A stretch of 64,000 nucleotides of DNA from an uncultured Anaerolineales bacterium (lineage in GTDB: Bacteria; Chloroflexota; Anaerolineae; B4-G1), in contig CAYYTU010000008.1 in NCBI GenBank assembly GCA_964474655.1, positions 10,732 to 74,731 on the forward strand, in the 5' to 3' direction. Position 1 is the first letter of the stretch, and each line of letters starts with the position of its first letter. Positions 59,336 through 64,000 of the stretch are shown here, one piece after another. The position numbers were made by a program, and so were the translations under genes. The notes beneath the pieces were generated by a model. The model saw only the letters and a program-made list of their open reading frames with translations, did not search any database and was not told the origin of the DNA.

Positions 59336-59648
59336 ATGGGCGCGCGATTATATTCGCAAACGCGAGGGCGTGCTCACCATCCGCTGGTCCTGGGTCTGTA
59401 TGGGGTGATGAAACTTCTTCAAAGGGCCATCCGGTCGGATGGCGAAGCCCGACAATCCAGAGGATTACGTTCCCTTCGAGGTTGACGATCTGGTCGTTTA
59501 CGTTGCACACGATCTGCTTGCTCGGCAAGAGCCCGATGCCCAGCGGTTACGGTTTTTCATCGGCGGCTATGGTGGCTATTGGCTGGAGCTGGCCGAGCCG
59601 TGGCAGGGTGACGAAGAAATGGAGGATGTTGAGGGCGATAGAGCATAA
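59310..59648 (+). CDS. Putative small selenoprotein (112 aa) with tandem in-frame UGA codons (C-M-G-U-U)
   Basis: GAGGTG SD; ATG 59310 is in frame with ORF 59439-59648 and interrupted only by TGA TGA (59406-59411); SECIS-like hairpin follows; selA in window. Confidence 0.7.
59417..59447 (+). promoter_or_regulatory. Bacterial SECIS-like stem-loop
   Basis: GCCATCC-GGTC-GGATGGC 7-bp stem with a G-led loop 21-24 nt after the UGAs; lower CTTC/GAAG pairing. Confidence 0.65.
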
Positions 59649-59925
59649 GCGCTGACGTTGGTGGTAATAGATAGAAGTATGGACGGGGCTTTCTTATCTT
59701 GATCTGGACCGAAGCACTGGTGACGATCAGGAATTGCGCATTACCAACGGTAGATAGATCCTGAAACCAGGCGCCGCCCGGCGATAGGACCATAGGCCGC
59801 GTATTCAATGGCGATTGGAGGTGATGAAGGTCTCGCGGCGGCAGGTAGACCGTTAAGGTTATCCGGTGTGGAAGCCCCGAAGGTTTGAGAGGGAAGATGT
59901 CCGGCGGTTTTCGAGGCAGAAACTG

Positions 59926-59964
59926 CTTGAAATTACCCTTCGACGGGCTCAAGGTGATTTCAAG
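59926..59964. repeat. Hairpin containing the REP core (partial third copy)
   Basis: CTTGAAATTACC-CTTCGACGGGCTCAA-GGTGATTTCAAG; the core resembles CCCTTCGACAGGCTC of copy B. Confidence 0.55.
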
Positions 59965-60005
59965 CTAGTTGAGTCAAGAAATGTGTTGGGTAGTGAATGT
60001 ATCGA

Positions 60006-61394
60006 TCAGCCCATCCGCCGTAGAATCGACCGCGCGGCCACCAGGCCCGAGGCCGAAGCCTGCACCAACCCGCGCGTCACGCCGGCGCCGTCGCCGCAGG
60101 CGAAGAGGTTCTCCACCTCCGTCTCCATCTCCTGGCTCAGCGAGAGCCGACACGAGTAGAACTTGACCTCCACGCCGTAGAGCAACGTGTGCCGATCGGC
60201 CACCCCCGGCGCAATCTCGTCCATCGCATGCAGCATCTCCAGGATGGTGACCACGTAACGATAGGGCAGCACCAGGTTCAGATCCCCCGGCGTGGCGCTG
60301 GTCAGCGTGGGGGTGACGATGGAACGCGAGAGGCGCTTGGGCGTGGAGCGTCGTCCACTTTCCAGATCTCCCAGGCGCTGGACGATGACGCCGTCGCCTA
60401 GCAGATTGGCCAGCCGGGCGATGCTCTTGCCGTAGGCGATTGGATCATCGAAGGGCTCGGTGAAGGTTTTGCTGACCAGGATGGCGAAGTTGGTGTTGGT
60501 GGTCTTGTAGTCGGCGAAGGAGTGGCCGTTGACCGTCATCACATCGCCCGCGAACTCGGTGCTGACCTCACCGTGCGGGCACATACAGAAGGTGCGGGCG
60601 CGGTCGTCGAAGGCCCGCGAGTAGTAGATGAACTTGGATTCGTACACCAGGTCCGTGATCGGCTCCAGCACGGCGGCCGGTAACTCCACCCGTACTCCCA
60701 AATCCACCGCGTTGCGCTCCAGCGATAGCCCCAGATCCTCGGAGACACCTTTGAGCCAGGCTGCGCCCTCGCGGCCTGGCGCCACTATGACGGCTTCGGC
60801 TTTGATGTGTTGCCCCTTGACTGTCTCTACACCCGTGACCCGTCCGTCGTCCGTCAGGATGTGGGCCACCGGCGTGCGGGTGTGGATCGTGACGCCCCGC
60901 TGGAGCAGCTCATCACGCACGCTGCGCATAATTTCGGCGCAGCTCTCCGTGCCCATATGGCGGATGGGCACGGAGATGAACTGGAGCCCGGCCATAGCAG
61001 CTTGCTTCTCCAGGGATTCAATATCGTCGTTGAGGGTGCCGTAGACCGTCTCCGGTGCGCCGAAGTGGACGTAAGTCTCGTCCACCTCTCGCACCAGCTG
61101 ATTGGCCCGACGCTGACCAAGGATCTTGGCCAGGTGCCCTCCGACGGCTGTGGAAAGGGTCAGCTTGCCGTCGGAAAAGGCCCCGGCCCCACCCCAGCCG
61201 GTGAGGATGGCGCAGGGGCGGCAATGCTGGCACTCGCCGCCCGGCTCTCGCGCCGGGCAGTGACGTCGTTCGATATCCGGCCCTTTGTCCAGGATAGCCA
61301 GGCGTAGATCGGCGTTGTCGCTCAGCTCCAGGGCAGCGAATATGCCGGCCGGACCGGCGCCGACAATCAGTACATCAAATGTCTGGTTGGACAT
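60006..61394 (-). CDS. FAD-dependent oxidoreductase (uncharacterised FAD-dependent dehydrogenase family)
   Basis: VGAGPAG, GWGGAGAFSDGK, DLGVRVE, RTFCMCP, GVEVKFYS, GDGAGVTRG; CxxCxxC insert. Confidence 0.9.
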   Translation of the reverse strand: MSNQTFDVLIVGAGPAGIFAALELSDNADLRLAILDKGPDIERRHCPAREPGGECQHCRPCAILTGWGGAGAFSDGKLTLSTAVGGHLAKILGQRRANQLVREVDETYVHFGAPETVYGTLNDDIESLEKQAAMAGLQFISVPIRHMGTESCAEIMRSVRDELLQRGVTIHTRTPVAHILTDDGRVTGVETVKGQHIKAEAVIVAPGREGAAWLKGVSEDLGLSLERNAVDLGVRVELPAAVLEPITDLVYESKFIYYSRAFDDRARTFCMCPHGEVSTEFAGDVMTVNGHSFADYKTTNTNFAILVSKTFTEPFDDPIAYGKSIARLANLLGDGVIVQRLGDLESGRRSTPKRLSRSIVTPTLTSATPGDLNLVLPYRYVVTILEMLHAMDEIAPGVADRHTLLYGVEVKFYSCRLSLSQEMETEVENLFACGDGAGVTRGLVQASASGLVAARSILRRMG

Positions 61395-61430
61395 AGGTTA
61401 TTCCTTTGCTATGATATTGCAGTTCACAGT

Positions 61431-61916
61431 CTATCTTCTATCTCTGCCTGGAGCATCGCGGATGATGGACAGCTCACCATGATCGAGCCAAACGAGCGCA
61501 CAAGGCGCACAATTATCGATGACGATGTTGCCTGGGCCGTAGTAAGGATGGGTGTTCATCGTTCGACCGCAATGCGGACACTGAATGCGCCGCTCCAGGC
61601 TCTCCGGATCGAGCGGGCGCGCCGGGTCCGGCGGCCCTTCGGCCTCGGCCCGCAGGAATTTCACGATGGTCGAGAACGATTCTTGATCGGTCAGCACGCC
61701 GCGACATTTGGAACAATACAGCACCCGGACCCCAGCGACCGAGGCCAACGAGAGCCCGGTGGAGCAGATCGGACAGGTGAGATCACTCGCTCGCTGGAGC
61801 ATCACGACGCCGTCGGAGGACGGCTGGGGGAACCTGTACGAGCCGCAATATTCGCAGAAGAAATAGTCGCGCGCGCCCACGATCTTCATCGACGCGCCAC
61901 AGTTCTTACAATGCAT
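61431..61916 (-). CDS. Multi zinc-ribbon (zf-TFIIB-like) protein
   Basis: CKNCGA, CEYCG, CPIC, CSKCRG, CPHC, CAPCALVWLDHGEL. Confidence 0.85.
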   Translation of the reverse strand: MHCKNCGASMKIVGARDYFFCEYCGSYRFPQPSSDGVVMLQRASDLTCPICSTGLSLASVAGVRVLYCSKCRGVLTDQESFSTIVKFLRAEAEGPPDPARPLDPESLERRIQCPHCGRTMNTHPYYGPGNIVIDNCAPCALVWLDHGELSIIRDAPGRDRR

Positions 61917-61975
61917 AGTTGTCTCCGCTGAACGGTCCTTCTTCCATCAGAGGGAGTTCTCTGCGCAGCGGTGCG

Positions 61976-62887
61976 TCAGGGCTGAGAATCGAAGAGGTCG
62001 TTTGCTGCCTCCTCCCAGGCGTGACTGAGCGGAAGGAAAGATTGCTCCTCGAATTCCTGGTTGACCTTTTCCATGTAGGCTCGCACGTCCAGCTGGGGCA
62101 TATCATCCGCCAGCTGTTGAATCCGGGTCTCCCATACTTGGATCAGATCCTCGCTTCGCCGCTCCAAATCCGAGAGATCCAGGTCAAGCCGGAACATATG
62201 ATTGAGCCGCTGCATAATATCGTACCAGGCCTTGTGATCCTCGTACATTGCTACCTGGTTGACCGTTACGGATTCCGTTGAGAAGTCGTAGGCCGGCACC
62301 ATCGCGTAGAGAACGACGATTTCAATCCCACGCTGCTCCGCTTGGTGGGCGATATAGATGCCGATGGTGGCTCCGCCTTCGTAGTCGGAGAATTTGACCG
62401 CGTATTCGTCGATCTCGTCTTTCATAGTGGGCAGGCTGTAGACGCACGATATCTGCCGATCTTTATCGTAGGGCACGGGCCCGTGGACTCCGGCCACAAT
62501 CGCCACCCGTTTGACGCCCAGCTCTTCGACCGCGTCCAGGAAGGCCTCGGCGTACGCTTTTTCATTGCGATGGGGCTCCTCGCCGAGAAAGATCAAGAGG
62601 CCGTCGTCGGGAGGCTCGGCGTAGAAGAATCTGTTCTCCCGCCCGCCCAGCGATTGGCGGTGACCCTCCTCGATCACGACCGCCGGTCGCATCAGGTGGT
62701 GGGTGCCGGGAATCTGAAACAGGTAGAATTTCTCTGGCTTGATGGCCCCGATTTCACGCGCCATGGTTTCGTCGATGAGATAATGGGGTAGGCCGGAGGA
62801 GACGTCTCCGGCGTCGGCCCACTGGTACCATCCGGCGATCATATACTCGGCGGATGTCGGCTCCTGAATGTCAACTAGGCGATTCAT
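61976..62887 (-). CDS. PAC2 (proteasome assembly chaperone) family protein
   Basis: AGWYQWADAG, LIFLGEEP, YEGGA, WYDIMQRL; GGAGGAG SD before ATG 62887. Confidence 0.8.
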   Translation of the reverse strand: MNRLVDIQEPTSAEYMIAGWYQWADAGDVSSGLPHYLIDETMAREIGAIKPEKFYLFQIPGTHHLMRPAVVIEEGHRQSLGGRENRFFYAEPPDDGLLIFLGEEPHRNEKAYAEAFLDAVEELGVKRVAIVAGVHGPVPYDKDRQISCVYSLPTMKDEIDEYAVKFSDYEGGATIGIYIAHQAEQRGIEIVVLYAMVPAYDFSTESVTVNQVAMYEDHKAWYDIMQRLNHMFRLDLDLSDLERRSEDLIQVWETRIQQLADDMPQLDVRAYMEKVNQEFEEQSFLPLSHAWEEAANDLFDSQP

Positions 62888-62952
62888 CGTCTCCTCCAAT
62901 CGTAGGCTGGTTCCAAATCCCTGGTACTTGTTTCGTTGAGAGTGAGGGTTGG

Positions 62953-63999
62953 TCAGGGCACGGGGCTTGAGGGGGTATAGGCGACGTCCTTGCGCTTATG
63001 GTTCTCGTCCTGGGCTTCCTCCTCTTCCTCTTCCTCTTCATCATCAATGAGCACCTCGCGCGCGCGTCCACCTCCGGCCGGTGGCCCGATGACTTCCATA
63101 TCGGCCAGGACCTCTATCAGGCGGGCTGCGCGGGGATGGCCGATGTGGAGGCGTCGCTGGAGTAGTGAGGCCGAGGCGCGGCCGCGTTCGCGCACTAGCT
63201 CGATGGCCTTGTTCAGCATCTCATCTTCCACATAATCGTTCTCCACCGCGGGATGTTCCACCGTTTGCATCATCGGGGCCCACGGGGCCTTCTTCTTGGT
63301 GGGACCGACCTCCTTGCGCCAGAAGCCTACTACCTGATCTATCTCCTCGCCGGATACGTAACAGCCCTGCACACGCTGGGGATAGCCGGCGTCTGGGGCC
63401 AGGTAGAGCATATCGCCGTCGCCCAGCAGCGTCTCCGCGCCGGGCATGTCCAGGATGACGCGGGAATCGACCTGGCTGGCGGTGGCGAAGGAGATGCGGG
63501 CCGGGAAGTTGGCCTTGATCAGACCGGTGACCACGTCGGTGCTGGGGCGCTGGGTGGCCACCACCAGGTGAATGCCAGTAGCGCGCCCCATCTGGGCGAT
63601 GCGGCAGAGGAGATGCTCGACGGCCTCTGGGGCCAGCATCATCAGGTCCGCCAGCTCGTCGATCAGCACTACGATGCGCGGCAGGATCGGCTCATTCCGC
63701 TCCTTCATCTGGCGGTTATAATCATCAAGGTTGCGGGCCGAGATGTCGGCGAAGCGCTTGTAGCGGGAATCCATCTCCAGCGCTACCCAGCGTAGCACCT
63801 TGACCACGCGATCCAGATCGACCTCCACTTCACCGTAGATGTGCGGCAGCCCGTTGAAGCGTACCAGCTCCACCATCTTGGGGTCGATCATCACCAGCCG
63901 CAGCTCCTCCGGGGTATTGTTGCAAACCAGGCCGGTGGCGAACGATTTGATGCAGACCGATTTGCCGGAGCCAGTGGTCCCGGCGATCAGGAGATGGGG
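62953..63999 (-). CDS. ftsK: DNA translocase FtsK/SpoIIIE, C-terminal part (5' end outside window)
   Basis: PHLLIAGTTGSGKS (read manually at the edge), IDELADLM, ATQRPS, GAETLLGDGDML, gamma domain ASLLQRRLHIGHPRAARLI. Confidence 0.95.
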   Translation of the reverse strand, partial: PHLLIAGTTGSGKSVCIKSFATGLVCNNTPEELRLVMIDPKMVELVRFNGLPHIYGEVEVDLDRVVKVLRWVALEMDSRYKRFADISARNLDDYNRQMKERNEPILPRIVVLIDELADLMMLAPEAVEHLLCRIAQMGRATGIHLVVATQRPSTDVVTGLIKANFPARISFATASQVDSRVILDMPGAETLLGDGDMLYLAPDAGYPQRVQGCYVSGEEIDQVVGFWRKEVGPTKKKAPWAPMMQTVEHPAVENDYVEDEMLNKAIELVRERGRASASLLQRRLHIGHPRAARLIEVLADMEVIGPPAGGGRAREVLIDDEEEEEEEEAQDENHKRKDVAYTPSSPVP

Positions 64000-64000
64000 C

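Noticed and set aside
59310-59411. Reading TGA TGA as an ordinary double stop ending a 32-aa peptide
   Set aside because: Not excluded, but disfavoured: the frame continues for 78 codons, the downstream ATG has no SD, a SECIS-like hairpin follows, a Cys lies three residues upstream, and selA is present.
59557-59952. 131-aa minus-strand ORF
   Set aside because: Starts inside a REP hairpin, overlaps the plus-strand gene, and has no motif or SD.

Overview
GC-rich bacterial chromosomal window. Gene content and protein style suggest Chloroflexota/Anaerolineae (inference). It is mostly housekeeping and signalling genes: queA, ruvB, upp, efp, proC, class II aldolase, psuG, lon, two Hsp20, selA, tsaD, RNase P RNA, surE, PstS/PhoR/PhoB-like genes, several GAF/PAS histidine kinases and a partial FtsK. 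I found no CRISPR array, tRNA, rRNA or transposase. Strongest leads: (1) An ORF missed by the ORF track (59310-59648), at the end of an ArsR-CDF metal-efflux operon. It reads through two adjacent in-frame TGA codons (C-M-G-U-U) followed by a bacterial SECIS-like hairpin, and selA is in the same window, so it is a candidate Sec-Sec selenoprotein. (2) A three-gene cluster (37134-39746) in which two otherwise unrelated helical proteins share a 22-residue N-terminal G-x-V-x-G-P-V-H-x-G-x-G-D motif and flank a single-pass receptor-like protein; this is a candidate amyloid-motif signalling system. (3) A kinase/PP2C/DnaJ-vWA/FHA operon headed by a penicillin-binding-fold protein with degenerate catalytic motifs. 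(4) A pstS gene with an apparently exact 715-bp internal duplication, plus two 11-bp-periodic Pho-box-like arrays. Dispersed REP-like repeats and a frameshifted gene downstream of surE are also present. All family assignments come from motif recognition by eye; no database searches were run.
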